This document shows positions 38,525 to 48,575 of a stretch of 64,000 nt of DNA, in pieces. Source of the DNA: an uncultured Nitrososphaerota archaeon (GTDB lineage Archaea; Thermoproteota; Nitrososphaeria; Nitrososphaerales; Gagatemarchaeaceae); the NCBI GenBank assembly GCA_963703285.1, contig OY969807.1, forward strand, positions 1,952,001-2,016,000, given 5' to 3'. The notes below the pieces were generated by a model. It searched no databases and was not told the origin of the DNA. It saw nothing but the letters and a program-made list of their open reading frames with translations. A program made the position numbers and the translations under genes. How positions within the stretch are numbered: the first letter of the stretch is position 1; each line of letters begins with the position of its first letter.

Positions 38525-39346
38525 TCACCGAACCACAACCGACTTCAGGTCGTGCTCTAGGGGAGGGTACTCCAGGTGAAGGCCCTCGAGCGTATCGACC
38601 ACGACCGACGCCACGACGAGGTCCCTGAACCACTTCTTGTTCGCGGGTACGACGTACCACGGCGCCACCTCCGTGCTCGTGTTCTCCAGGGCGCGCCTGT
38701 AGGCCTTCATGTACTGCGGCCAGAGCTTCCTCTCCGCCAGGTCGTCCATGCTGAACTTCCACTGCTTGTCGGGGTCGCTGATCCTATCCTGAATCCTCCT
38801 CTTCTGCTCCTCCGAGTCGATGTGGAGGTAGAACTTCAGGACCGTCGTTCCCTCTTCAGCGAGCATCCTCTCGAACTCGTTGATCTCCTCGTACCGCCTC
38901 TTGCAGACCTCCTTCGTTATCAGGCCGTGGACCCGCTCCACCAGGACCCCTTCGTAGTGACTCCTGTTGAAGATCACGATCTCACCCTTTCTAGGAGCCT
39001 CCAGATGGACCCTCCACAGAAAGTCGTGGTCGAGTTCCAGCGGCGTCGGCTCCCTGAAGTGGGCCACCCGAACCCCCGAAGGGTTCACCCCGTCGAATAT
39101 CCTGCGGATGGTCCCGTCCTTCCCGCCCGTGTCCATCGCCTGCAGCACCACGAGCAGCCCGTGCTTGTGCTCCGCGTAGAGTTTCTCCTGCAGACGGTCC
39201 AGCTTCTGATCGATCTCCTTCGAGACTCTAATCGCCCCGTTCTCGTCCCCGTCAAACCCCGACGTGTCGGCGGGATCGATGCCCTCGAGGTCGAGCTTCG
39301 ACCCGGGCCGGACCACGTATCGCTTTGTGTGTACGCCGTCAGGCAA
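38525..39346 (-). CDS. ppk2: polyphosphate kinase 2 family (class III-like)
   Basis: LQAMDTGGKDG Walker A, HDFLWR, FNRSHYE Walker B, KFYLHI, KQWKF and PWYVVPANKKW. Confidence 0.93.
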   Translation of the reverse strand: MPDGVHTKRYVVRPGSKLDLEGIDPADTSGFDGDENGAIRVSKEIDQKLDRLQEKLYAEHKHGLLVVLQAMDTGGKDGTIRRIFDGVNPSGVRVAHFREPTPLELDHDFLWRVHLEAPRKGEIVIFNRSHYEGVLVERVHGLITKEVCKRRYEEINEFERMLAEEGTTVLKFYLHIDSEEQKRRIQDRISDPDKQWKFSMDDLAERKLWPQYMKAYRRALENTSTEVAPWYVVPANKKWFRDLVVASVVVDTLEGLHLEYPPLEHDLKSVVVR

Positions 39347-39470
39347 TCCGACCTCAGGATGCCTGCGCCGTCTTTAGCTCTTGCGCGCGGGGCCGGCAAG
39401 TTCAGACCCGAAGGCCTAGAACCGTATATATCAAAGGGGCCATGGCTCACGGCGGGTTTGGAGCTGTAAG

Positions 39471-39704
39471 ATGCCGAGGGCGTTCGTGATGATCAACGTC
39501 AAGGTGGGGACGGACAAGGAAGTGGTCACCGCGCTCAAGACCTTCAGGTGGGTCGACAAGGTCTACGAGGTCTACGGCGTCTACGACATAGTGGCCGAGG
39601 TCACGGTGAACAGCATGCAGGATCTGAAGGAGACGGTTAACTCCGACATGCGCAAACTCGACAACGTCCTGGCCACAAACACCATCATCGTAACAGGAAA
39701 CTGA
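39471..39704 (+). CDS. stand-alone Lrp/AsnC ligand-binding (RAM) domain protein
   Basis: AFVMIN...VYGVYDIVA...T-x-T-x-I pattern, 77 aa with no HTH. Confidence 0.88.
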   Translation: MPRAFVMINVKVGTDKEVVTALKTFRWVDKVYEVYGVYDIVAEVTVNSMQDLKETVNSDMRKLDNVLATNTIIVTGN

Positions 39705-39707
39705 GAC

Positions 39708-40106
39708 CTAGGATTCGTCCAGGTCCTTCTTCATCTGGTCGAACTGTTCCTTCGTTATCTCGCCGCGGGCGTACCTGCGGCTGAGGATCTCCTTGGCGTT
39801 GCCGTAGCCCCACCCGCCCCTGCCGTATCCTCCCCTCCATCCCCAGCCCCAACCCCAGAAGACGAGCCGGAGCGCGAAGAACGCCACGAGGATGATGATC
39901 AGGAACCCGAACGGGAAGAAGAAGAACGGTCCGACGTAGTAGGGTCCCGTGCCCACGAACCAGTGCGCGAACGCCCCCAGGAAGAGAAGCGGGACCACGA
40001 CGAAGGCGAGGATGGCCACAATCAGAAAGCCGGCTGCAATCCAGCGCATGAAACCCCTGCGCCTTGTCCCGCCAAGGTGCGAATCTTGTTTGCCCGTCAT
40101 CTTCAT
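39708..40106 (-). CDS. membrane protein with C-terminal SHOCT domain
   Basis: Two TM helices, GW-rich linker and EIL-x-RRYARGEITKEQF-x-x-MK-x-DL. Confidence 0.88.
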   Translation of the reverse strand: MKMTGKQDSHLGGTRRRGFMRWIAAGFLIVAILAFVVVPLLFLGAFAHWFVGTGPYYVGPFFFFPFGFLIIILVAFFALRLVFWGWGWGWRGGYGRGGWGYGNAKEILSRRYARGEITKEQFDQMKKDLDES

Positions 40107-40138
40107 CGTCTTCGGGTGCGATAAAGGCCCAGATAAGT

Positions 40139-40170
40139 ATATCGGAAATACGATATCGGAGAAGCGATAA
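40139..40170. promoter_or_regulatory. putative PadR operator: two overlapping ATATCG-N6-CGATAT palindromes
   Basis: ATATCG-GAAATA-CGATAT (40139-40156) and ATATCG-GAGAAG-CGATAA (40153-40170). An extra CGATATC lies at 40199-40205, just before padR. Confidence 0.75.
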
Positions 40171-40217
40171 AAGCGCAAGGCATAAACCCTCGGTTTTCCG
40201 ATATCTGCCGACGGAGC

Positions 40218-40646
40218 ATGTGGTCTTTTCGATGGATGATGCACAGGAAGCGCGGTCTCAGGATGGCTGTGATCTGGATGCTCTCCAACTCGCCGAAGAA
40301 CGGCGTGGAGCTCATGAACGAGATGGAGAACATGACCCAGGGGTGGTGGAGGCCGTCGCCAGGCTCCGTCTACCCGCTGCTCGATCAGCTGACCTCCGAG
40401 GGGATAATCAAGAAGCGGGAAGACGGAAGATACGAGCTGACAGAGAAGGCGAGCGAGGAGATGGACTGGGGGTTCGGCCAGTCGTTCCGGAAGCGGCCCT
40501 CACTTGACGAGATGGTCAACGAGGTGAGCGGCTTCGTCTCCTACTATGAGGAGCTCCGAAAGTCGGACCCGGCGAAGACAGCCCCGTACCAGCAGAAGGT
40601 GAAGGAGCTCGCTGACAGGCTCTCCGCCCTCGCGCAGAGCCCCTAG
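40218..40646 (+). CDS. PadR-family transcriptional regulator
   Basis: RGLR...KNGVELM...[14 protein letters not shown]-x-QL-x-x-EG. Paralogue of 13723-14238. Confidence 0.9.
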   Translation: MWSFRWMMHRKRGLRMAVIWMLSNSPKNGVELMNEMENMTQGWWRPSPGSVYPLLDQLTSEGIIKKREDGRYELTEKASEEMDWGFGQSFRKRPSLDEMVNEVSGFVSYYEELRKSDPAKTAPYQQKVKELADRLSALAQSP

Positions 40647-42802
40647 CCGATTCCGCGGCCGGTGCCGAAGTCGCCGGACCTCTTGCGCTTGAGCTTCTGG
40701 ATTGCACCCTCGAAGTCGCGCATGTTCACCGAGAGGTCAGCCGTCGACTCGTCCGCCTCCTTCCCGTGCGTCTTGATGTACTGCTTGATCGCCGCGATTA
40801 CGGCCGCGTTCGCTATGGAGGCCAGCTCTGCTCCGGTGTAGCCCTCCGTCATGTCGGCGAGCTTCGCGAGGTCGACGTCCTTGGCGAGCGGCTTCTTCCT
40901 CGTGTGGATCTTGAGTATCTGTATCCTCGCCTCCTTGTCGGGGGCGGGGACCTCCAGTAACCTGTCGAACCTTCCGGGCCTCAGCAGGGCCTCGTCTATG
41001 ATGTCGGCCCTGTTTGTCGCCCCAAGGACCACGACCCCCTTCAGCTCCTCGAGGCCGTCCATCTCCGTGAGGAGCTGGCTCACGACCCGCTCCGTGACCT
41101 GGTTGTCCATCTCTCCCGACTGCCGTCGCGGCGCGATTGCGTCGATCTCGTCGAAGAAGATGACGCAGGGGGCTGCAGCGCGGGCCTTCCTGAAGACCTC
41201 CCTCACCCCCTTCTCGGATTCGCCCACCCACTTCGAGATGAGCTCCGGTCCCTTGATGCTGATGAAGTTCGCCTCCGACTCGTTCGCCACCGCCTTGGCG
41301 ATGAGCGTCTTCCCCGTCCCCGGAGGGCCGTAGAGGAGGATTCCGGTCGGGGGCTTCACGTCCCCCTTCTCGAACAACTTGGCGTGCTTCAGCGGCCACT
41401 CGACGGCCTCGGTCAGCTCCTCCTTTACCGACGTCAGCCCGCCGATGTCCTCCCACTTGACGTTGGGCACCTGGACGAGAACCTCGCGCATCGCCGAGGG
41501 CGTGACGTCCCTGAGGGCGTCTTGGAAGTCCTGCATCCTGACCTTGATCTTGTTGAGCGTCTTCGCCGGGACCTTGTTCTGCTCCATGTTGATCTCGGGG
41601 AGGACCCTCCTCACCGCGAGGATGGCCGCCTCCTTGGCGAGCGCCTGGAGGTCGGCTCCCACGAACCCGTGGGTCACCCTCGCGATCTCCTCCAGCTTGA
41701 CGTCCGATTCGAGGGGCATCCCCCTCGTGTGGATGTGCAGGATCTCCAGCCGGCTCTTCTCGTCGGGGATGCCTATCTCTATCTCCCTGTCGAACCTCCC
41801 GGGCCGTCGCAGCGCAGGGTCGATGGCGTCCGGCCTGTTGGTCGCCGCTATCACGACGACCTTCCCGCGCGCCTCGATCCCGTCCATGAGCGTCAGGAGC
41901 TGGGAGACTATCCTCTTCTCCGTCTCCCCGGTGACCTCCTCCCTCTTCGGGGCTATCGAGTCAATCTCGTCGATGAAGATGATGCTCGGCGCGTTTTCCT
42001 GGGCCTCCTTGAAGACCTGCCTCAGCCTCTCCTCGGACTCGCCGTAGTACTTGCTCATTATCTCGGGCCCGCCTATCGAGTAGAAGTTCGCGCTCGTCTC
42101 GTTGGCGACCGCCTTGGCGAGGAGCGTCTTCCCCGTCCCCGGGGGCCCGTAGAGCAGGACCCCCTTGGGGGCCTCTATCCCGACCCTCTCGAAGATCTCG
42201 GGGTGCCTCAGTGGCAGCTCGATCATCTCGCGGATCTTCTGCACCTCGTTGGTGAGCCCCCCGATGTCCTCGTAGGTTATCCTGGGGACCCCGGTGTTCG
42301 GGGGCTTGCGGACGGTCCCGATGCGGAACGTGGTGTCCCGGGTCACGACCGCGGCGCCCGCGGGCGTCGAGCTATCCACCAGGAAGTCTATCTTGGTACC
42401 CATTATGTTGAGGGGCAGCGAATCACCCTTCGTGACGACCCGTCCCTCGAGCAGCTCTGGCAGGTACTCCTCCAGCCCCGTGATGTTCAGCGGCTCGGTC
42501 GGGGCGAGGACGACCTCCTCCGCCCTGTGCGCCTCCGTCTGCTGTATGGACACCGTGTCGTCAAGGCCGACGCCGATGTTGTTCCTCGTGTAACCGTCTA
42601 TCCTTATGAGGCCCAGGCCGCGGTCTTCCGGGAATCCGGCCCAGAGCAGGGCGTAGGACCTCTTCTTCTTTCCCATGATTTCGATGACGTCCCCGCTTGT
42701 CAGCCCCAGCTGCTCCATCACCTTCGGATCGATGACCGCTATGCCGTGGCCGACGAGCCTAGAGGTCGTCTCTGCGACTCGCAGGTTTACCTCCTTTTGC
42801 AT
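40643..42802 (-). CDS. cdc48: Cdc48/p97/VAT AAA+ ATPase
   Basis: N-domain plus two AAA modules (GPPGTGKT twice, FIDEID/FFDEID, RPGRFDR twice). Confidence 0.97.
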   Translation of the reverse strand: MQKEVNLRVAETTSRLVGHGIAVIDPKVMEQLGLTSGDVIEIMGKKKRSYALLWAGFPEDRGLGLIRIDGYTRNNIGVGLDDTVSIQQTEAHRAEEVVLAPTEPLNITGLEEYLPELLEGRVVTKGDSLPLNIMGTKIDFLVDSSTPAGAAVVTRDTTFRIGTVRKPPNTGVPRITYEDIGGLTNEVQKIREMIELPLRHPEIFERVGIEAPKGVLLYGPPGTGKTLLAKAVANETSANFYSIGGPEIMSKYYGESEERLRQVFKEAQENAPSIIFIDEIDSIAPKREEVTGETEKRIVSQLLTLMDGIEARGKVVVIAATNRPDAIDPALRRPGRFDREIEIGIPDEKSRLEILHIHTRGMPLESDVKLEEIARVTHGFVGADLQALAKEAAILAVRRVLPEINMEQNKVPAKTLNKIKVRMQDFQDALRDVTPSAMREVLVQVPNVKWEDIGGLTSVKEELTEAVEWPLKHAKLFEKGDVKPPTGILLYGPPGTGKTLIAKAVANESEANFISIKGPELISKWVGESEKGVREVFRKARAAAPCVIFFDEIDAIAPRRQSGEMDNQVTERVVSQLLTEMDGLEELKGVVVLGATNRADIIDEALLRPGRFDRLLEVPAPDKEARIQILKIHTRKKPLAKDVDLAKLADMTEGYTGAELASIANAAVIAAIKQYIKTHGKEADESTADLSVNMRDFEGAIQKLKRKRSGDFGTGRGIG

Positions 42803-42930
42803 GTGTAATCACGAAGACTACTAGATAAAAAAGCTCTTGGAGGATAGTTCGGTCATGTTTGCGGTCCCGGGTCCCGGGCTGCGGAGGCACGGAAGACTTT
42901 AGAACCCGGAATGGCGTAAACTCCGCAGGT

Positions 42931-43728
42931 TTGAACACGTCGAAGGCGAGGGTGGCGTCGCTCGTGGTCTGCCTCGTCCTCCTCGCGTCCCTCCTGGGGT
43001 CCCTCAGCGGCGGACTCGCCCCGCCGCTCTCCAAGGTCGTCCAGCAGCTGCCCTTCCTCACCCAGACGGTGACCTCGACGAGCGGCGGAGGGAACGCCGG
43101 GAAGGTCCTCGTCAACGCCACCCTCACCATCGAGGGCTTCCGCCCCGTGCCCATCCCGAACGCGACGGTCATACTCATCAAGGAGTCCACGGGATCCACG
43201 GGATCGTTCCCGGTGGAGACTGGGACGAACTCAAGCGGCGAGGCGGTCGAGCAGCTCTTCCCCGGCAACTACTCCCTGAAGGTCTTCGACCAGCTCTTCA
43301 GCACCGAGGTGACGGTCCAGGTCTCCAAGAACGTGACCACGGTCGACGACCTGACGGTCCTAAAGCTCTCCGACCAGGTGGTCTTCAGCGACCTCTCGGA
43401 CGAAGACTCCGCGGGGTCGGTCGCCCCCTGGCAGAGCGTGACGCTAGCGGTCACGGCGTCGACGGCCGTGGCGAACGGCAGCAACTACTACCTGGACGTC
43501 GTCTACTACCAGTCCCCCCTCAACGGGAGCTCCCCCTTGGGCTCCTACGTCGAGCACGAGGAGGTGATCGGCGTCACGATGGAGTCTTCGCAGCTGAGCG
43601 GCGCGGGTCAGTCCAGCCTGCTCTGGCTCACCCTCCACCCCGTGACGTTCGTGCCCCTGCAGAACATGACCTCTCTCTCGCTGGTGACCTTCGACACGGT
43701 CACGAGGATAAGCTACCATGGATACTGA
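42931..43728 (+). CDS. secreted or membrane-anchored beta-sandwich protein (carboxypeptidase regulatory-like domain)
   Basis: N-terminal hydrophobic helix, PIPNATV...TNSSG...L-x-PGNYSL-x-V and N-glycosylation sequons. First gene of the MoxR operon. Confidence 0.7.
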   Translation: MNTSKARVASLVVCLVLLASLLGSLSGGLAPPLSKVVQQLPFLTQTVTSTSGGGNAGKVLVNATLTIEGFRPVPIPNATVILIKESTGSTGSFPVETGTNSSGEAVEQLFPGNYSLKVFDQLFSTEVTVQVSKNVTTVDDLTVLKLSDQVVFSDLSDEDSAGSVAPWQSVTLAVTASTAVANGSNYYLDVVYYQSPLNGSSPLGSYVEHEEVIGVTMESSQLSGAGQSSLLWLTLHPVTFVPLQNMTSLSLVTFDTVTRISYHGY

Positions 43729-44071
43729 GACCATCGGCGCGATCGTCCTGAACCTCGCGGTCTACGCCTCGCTCGGGGCGGCGGTCGTGCAGTGGAGCAG
43801 GCAGAGGGTCCCCACGCCGCGCGACGCGGCCGCCGCGTTCCGCCTCGTGGAGGACGCGCTCAGGAGGTGCTTCCCCGACCTCCCCTTCGGGTTCACGCTG
43901 AGGGAAGGGCTCACCAGGGCGAAGCTGGCGGGCTTCGGCCTGAGGTGGGAGGATATAGAGAAGACCGTCGCGGCCTACGAGGAGTACAGGTTCGGCGGAG
44001 GCCCGTCCCCCATGGTTCCGATGCCCGAGGTGATGAGACTCGTGAGGTCCCTGCGGAGGCGCCCCGGATGA
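43718..44071 (+). CDS. small membrane-anchored protein (DUF4129-like)
   Basis: N-terminal TM, then T-x-RE and YE-x-x-RFGG motifs like those at the C-terminus of DUF4129 domains. Confidence 0.6.
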   Translation: MDTETIGAIVLNLAVYASLGAAVVQWSRQRVPTPRDAAAAFRLVEDALRRCFPDLPFGFTLREGLTRAKLAGFGLRWEDIEKTVAAYEEYRFGGGPSPMVPMPEVMRLVRSLRRRPG

Positions 44072-45003
44072 GCACCGGCCTCGGGGACCGAGTGGTTGGC
44101 GAGCTCGGTAGGGTCGTCGTGGGCAAGGAGAGGGAGACAGAGCTCCTCCTGGCGGCCCTGCTCGCCAGGGGACACGTCCTGCTGGAGGGCGTGCCCGGGG
44201 TGTCGAAGACGCTCCTGACGAAGACCTTCTCCAGGTGCCTGGAGCTCGACTTCCGCCGGGTCCAGTTCACCCCCGACATGCTCCCGCTCGACATCGTTGG
44301 CGGGTTCATCTTCAACCTGAAGGAGAGGGAGTTCGAGTTCCGCAGGGGCGCGGTCTTCACTAACATCCTCCTCGCCGACGAGATCAACAGGGCACCGCCG
44401 AAGGTCCAGAGCGCCCTACTCGAGTCGATGCAGGAGCAGCAGGTCACGATAGAGGGCCACACGGAGGCCCTGCCCTCCCCCCACATGGTCATCGCGACCC
44501 AGAACCCCATCGAGTTCCAGGGAGTGTACCCACTCCCCGAGGGGCAGCTGGACAGGTTCATGCTCAAGATCACCCTCGGCTACCCATCCCTCGAGAGAGA
44601 ATCGGAGATCGTCAGGCGGAACATCTCCGACTTGGAGGCTCCTGCGATTAACGGCGTTGTCTCGAGGAGCGAGCTCGACAGGTGCTTCGGGGAGGTCGGC
44701 CTGGTGAAGGTCTCGGACGAGATAATCGACTACGTCTCGCGCCTGGCGGCGGCGACGAGGTCCGACAGCAGGGTCAGGCTCGGCGCGAGCCCGAGGGCGA
44801 TGGTGCAACTGACGAGGTGCGCCAAGGCCAAGGCCTACCTCGCGGGCCGCGGTTTCGTGACCCCCGACGACATAAAGGAGCTCTCGGTCGAGTCGCTCTC
44901 GCACCGGGTCAGGCTGAAGCAGGCGACGCAGCTGAGGGAGGAGACCGTGGAGGTCGCCGCGGTGATAAAGGGCATCGTCGACGGGGTGGAACCGCCGCGG
45001 TAG
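44068..45003 (+). CDS. moxR: MoxR-family AAA+ ATPase (MoxR proper)
   Basis: GHVLLEGVPGVSKT, RVQFTPDMLP-x-D, LADEINRAPPKVQSALLE-x-MQE, ATQNP-x-E and GASPRA. Confidence 0.95.
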   Translation: MSTGLGDRVVGELGRVVVGKERETELLLAALLARGHVLLEGVPGVSKTLLTKTFSRCLELDFRRVQFTPDMLPLDIVGGFIFNLKEREFEFRRGAVFTNILLADEINRAPPKVQSALLESMQEQQVTIEGHTEALPSPHMVIATQNPIEFQGVYPLPEGQLDRFMLKITLGYPSLERESEIVRRNISDLEAPAINGVVSRSELDRCFGEVGLVKVSDEIIDYVSRLAAATRSDSRVRLGASPRAMVQLTRCAKAKAYLAGRGFVTPDDIKELSVESLSHRVRLKQATQLREETVEVAAVIKGIVDGVEPPR

Positions 45004-46109
45004 GCCTCACTCGCCGCGGGAGGGATTACCTGATCGCGGCGGCCTTCACGAGCTTCGTCCTCGGTCTGACGGGTCCGGCCATCGCAGCGGCCATCGGCTT
45101 CTCGCTGACGCTGATGGCGGCCACCTCCCTCCTCCTCTTCTGGCCGGCGTTCCGGCGGGCCGAGGTCTCCGTAAGACCGGGGAAGGTGAGGGTCTTCAAG
45201 CAAGAAGGTGTCGCCGTCACCATCGACGCGGGGAGACGAGGCTCGAGATGGGTCACGCTGACCTCGGTGGAGCTGAAGGGCCGGCCCGGTCTCGCGGCCG
45301 AAACATCCCCCCTGCGGTCCGGTGGGGTCGAGCTGCTGCTCACGCCTGGCCTCGCCGGGAGGTCTGACCGCTTCGAGGCCACGGTCAGGGCGAGCGACGC
45401 TCTCGGCATCTTCACGATGGCGCGGACCATACGGCTCGAGCTGGTGCTCGAGGTCCTCCCGCTCGCCCTCAAGGAGCGCCCGCCGCCGCTCGTCGTCCCC
45501 CTCCTGGCCTTCGGCGAGGACCCCGCCGGTTCGAGCGGACCCGGGCAGGAGCTCTACGCCGTGAGCGAGTATCAGCCCGACTTCGACCCCCGCGACATAA
45601 TGTGGAAGAGGGCAGCCTCCAGGACGGACGAAACAATCCCCGTCAGGGTTCGGGAGGCGAACGTTCGGAGGGCCGTCTCGATAGGCGTCAAGGTCGCCTC
45701 GCGTTCCGAGGAAGAGAGGGCGCTGAGGGTAGACCTGGTGGCAGAGGCGCTGGGGAAGGTCGGGATGCAGCTCCTCGCCGCCGGTTCAGTGCTCGAGATA
45801 ACCTATCCGTCGACCTCGGGGGCATGGATGGTTACCGTCTCCAGCGCCCGCGAGCTCGCCGATGCGACCGAGCTTCCTTTTGTCGCGGGCCGCGGGGCGC
45901 CATGGGGGCAGTCGCTGTCGGACCGGTCCTTCGACCTCCTCATAGTCGGGCCCTACGAGTCGGGGAATCCCTCTGCCGTCCTACCCCGCTCCCGTCGACT
46001 CCTCGTGCTCTCCGAAGCGCCTGCGAGGGATCGCCTCCCTCCGGGCTCGTCCCTGTTCACGGGCCGTGAGGACCTCGCCGAGGTGGTTTCATCGGTGATC
46101 GCAGGATGA
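45000..46109 (+). CDS. DUF58 domain protein
   Basis: LTRRG N-terminus, two TM helices, D-x-LGIF and G-x-ELYAV-x-EYQP...DI-x-WK. No ATG/GTG/TTG at the expected start. Confidence 0.8.
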   Translation, partial: VGLTRRGRDYLIAAAFTSFVLGLTGPAIAAAIGFSLTLMAATSLLLFWPAFRRAEVSVRPGKVRVFKQEGVAVTIDAGRRGSRWVTLTSVELKGRPGLAAETSPLRSGGVELLLTPGLAGRSDRFEATVRASDALGIFTMARTIRLELVLEVLPLALKERPPPLVVPLLAFGEDPAGSSGPGQELYAVSEYQPDFDPRDIMWKRAASRTDETIPVRVREANVRRAVSIGVKVASRSEEERALRVDLVAEALGKVGMQLLAAGSVLEITYPSTSGAWMVTVSSARELADATELPFVAGRGAPWGQSLSDRSFDLLIVGPYESGNPSAVLPRSRRLLVLSEAPARDRLPPGSSLFTGREDLAEVVSSVIAG

Positions 46110-46894
46110 ACGGTCGTGAGTCGTGGGCCGTCACGGCCGTCGTCGCCGCGTCGCTGCTCTCCCTCTACGGCGCTCTGATCTACTGGCTCGGCCAGAACCC
46201 CATCTTCCTGCCTGCCAGCGCGCTCGAAGAGGCGATCCTCGGGACGATGCTCCTGCGGCTGGTCCTCATCCTGTCGGTCCGCAGGCTCAGGAGGAGCGCG
46301 GTGGCAGCCGCCGACATATTCACGGCCGAGATCCTCATCGTCCCCGCCCTGATCCTGGCGGGCATCACGGCCGGCAACCCCAGGGAGTATCTGTCGTTCG
46401 CGGGCGACGTCCTCTTGGTCTGGGCCGCGGCTGTCCTGCTCGTCTTCCCGGCCTTCGCCATCTACAGGGTGGCGGAGATGTTGCGGAGCGGGGCGAGGCT
46501 GACGTCGCTGATCCTCTCCTCGACGGGGATCTACGTCGTGCTCCTCCTCATGCTCTCCGCGACGGAGGGGACCACCTCGGCCGTAGGGTTGGCCGGGTTG
46601 ACCAGGCTCCTCATAGGGGCCATCCTGAACGGGACGACCGTGGCGTCGGCCCAGCCGGTGGCGACCGCTGCCGGAGTGGCCCTCTACGTCGGCCTCGTCG
46701 CCCACTCTGCGCTCGGCGCTGGCCAGCCTTCCCGCCGCGTCGAGCCGCTCCTCCTCTTCCCGGTGCTCGGGACAGCGGCCGCCCTCGCCTGGGGCTTCCT
46801 AGCCGGGATGGGCACGAACGATACGCTCTTCATCTTCGGTGTGCCTTCGCTGCTGGTGATAGCTGCAATGTGGTTGGTGAGCCGTGCGGGCTAG
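46106..46894 (+). CDS. polytopic membrane protein (about 8 TM), hypothetical
   Basis: Very hydrophobic ORF with ATGA overlap with the DUF58 gene. Confidence 0.75.
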   Translation: MNGRESWAVTAVVAASLLSLYGALIYWLGQNPIFLPASALEEAILGTMLLRLVLILSVRRLRRSAVAAADIFTAEILIVPALILAGITAGNPREYLSFAGDVLLVWAAAVLLVFPAFAIYRVAEMLRSGARLTSLILSSTGIYVVLLLMLSATEGTTSAVGLAGLTRLLIGAILNGTTVASAQPVATAAGVALYVGLVAHSALGAGQPSRRVEPLLLFPVLGTAAALAWGFLAGMGTNDTLFIFGVPSLLVIAAMWLVSRAG

Positions 46895-48497
46895 CCTCCT
46901 GGTCCTCCTCGTGCTGGCGCTGGCGTCCGCCGCGGTCCCCTTCGCTCACGTCAGGTCGCAGGCGGAGGTCGCGAGCGGGACGGCCCCTCTCTCGATGGGC
47001 TTCGGTCCGGGCGTCCTCAGCCCCATCAGCCAAGGCGTTCCGATCTACGCTGCGGGTGACCAGATATGGCTGATGTCCGATTCGCAGGACCAGTTCAGGG
47101 CCACCCTCAACTCTCCGGAGGGTGCGGCGCTGATCTCCGCCGAGGTCACCTCCGGCGGCCCCTCCCTGTTGTTCGCATTCTCCCCGTACGACCCCGCCGG
47201 GACCTGGTCCATCTCGGTCGTCGACCAGTCCCAGCCCTCCCTGAGCTTCGCACCCATCCCCATCCTGCTGGTTGGCGATGACCTCTCCCCGCCGGCGCTC
47301 ACCGACTACGCGCTCTCCCCTTCGGGGCAGCTCCAGTTGGACTTCGACGTGTCATCCACGTCACAGTACGACCTGCAGGAGTGCGCAGTGGGAAGCGCGG
47401 TCCCGGACGTGCTCGCGGTCCCCCTCCCGGCGGGAGTCGGGTCGGGCCAGCTCCTCGTCGGGAAGAACGGGACCCAGGCGAGCGTCTCCGCCCAGGGCAT
47501 CCTGGTCAGCCCGTTCAACTTCTGGATGGAGCTCGACCAGAACTACTCGTACTACCTCGGCAGCCCGTCGACCGTCGTCTCCCGCGACGTCACGGTCGCG
47601 GCTACGCAGGCGGTCTCGATAATCCCCGGGGCGAGCTCGGTGAACGCGTCCTTCTACACCTACGCGCAGATCCGGACCGGGCGGTTCGCCCTGAGAGCGT
47701 TCTTCGACACGCCCTCGGGGCTGTCCGTCGCGCAGGAGATGGTGATGATCCCCAACGACGGCGGTGGATGGATATCGCTCTCCGGCTGCAGCGCGTCGGC
47801 CGACGTCTCCTCGACCACCTTCTCCCTCTCGTCCTCCCTGGGGACCAACTCCTCGACGTGGCCCACCGTGGTCTACACGATGTACCAGTCCGAGGGGGTC
47901 GACCTGGTCGCCGAGACGGTGCTCGACCTCATGCCCGCAGTCATCACGGTCCTAGCCAGCCCCTGGGAGATCCCGCTCACCGACACGCAGCTGAAGTTCA
48001 CCCCCGGACCGGGCGTGCAGCAGACCGCACTGGGCGACGGGACTCTCTATCTCGTCGCATCGCAGTATCCGGTGCAGGTCGGCGTCTCTCTGACCAGCGG
48101 CCAGACGCAGGAGGTGGTGATACGGCAGCCATTCACGACCGCGAGGCTGCAGGTGAACTCCAGCAGGGTCACCGTGGAGACCTATCAGGACGGTTCACTG
48201 GCTCCGGGCGTCCTCGTCAGCGTCCTGGCGGGCAACGAGACCGTCGCCTCCTCCGTGAGCGCGAGCGGACAGTCCACCTTCTACCTCCCGGAGGGGAATT
48301 ACAACGTCTCCGCCGCCCTCGGCGGAGAGACCCAGGTCAGGGGCTTCTACTCCCTGGCTGGCAGGTCGTCGGTCATATCGATGTACTTCACGAGCCATCC
48401 CAACGATGAGAGCCTCTACGCGCTCCTCGCGACGGCGACAGTCGGTGCCATGGCGAGCGCGCTCGTCTGGATCAAGGTCTACCGCGACAGACGGTAG
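46884..48497 (+). CDS. secreted Ser/Thr-rich beta-sandwich surface protein with C-terminal TM anchor
   Basis: Signal peptide, N-glycosylation sequons, LPEGNYNV beta-sandwich and TM followed by RDRR. Confidence 0.78.
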   Translation: MRASLLVLLVLALASAAVPFAHVRSQAEVASGTAPLSMGFGPGVLSPISQGVPIYAAGDQIWLMSDSQDQFRATLNSPEGAALISAEVTSGGPSLLFAFSPYDPAGTWSISVVDQSQPSLSFAPIPILLVGDDLSPPALTDYALSPSGQLQLDFDVSSTSQYDLQECAVGSAVPDVLAVPLPAGVGSGQLLVGKNGTQASVSAQGILVSPFNFWMELDQNYSYYLGSPSTVVSRDVTVAATQAVSIIPGASSVNASFYTYAQIRTGRFALRAFFDTPSGLSVAQEMVMIPNDGGGWISLSGCSASADVSSTTFSLSSSLGTNSSTWPTVVYTMYQSEGVDLVAETVLDLMPAVITVLASPWEIPLTDTQLKFTPGPGVQQTALGDGTLYLVASQYPVQVGVSLTSGQTQEVVIRQPFTTARLQVNSSRVTVETYQDGSLAPGVLVSVLAGNETVASSVSASGQSTFYLPEGNYNVSAALGGETQVRGFYSLAGRSSVISMYFTSHPNDESLYALLATATVGAMASALVWIKVYRDRR

Positions 48498-48575
48498 CGC
48501 GACGACCGTCGTCACCGGGGGGGACGACCGCGAGCTCCCATCACGCATAAATGCCTGACCCGCCCAACAGGGGAC

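Noticed and set aside
40643-40680. Cdc48 C-terminus lacking an HbYX proteasome-docking motif
   Set aside because: Archaea commonly have several Cdc48 paralogues with variable tails, so this is uninformative without the rest of the genome.
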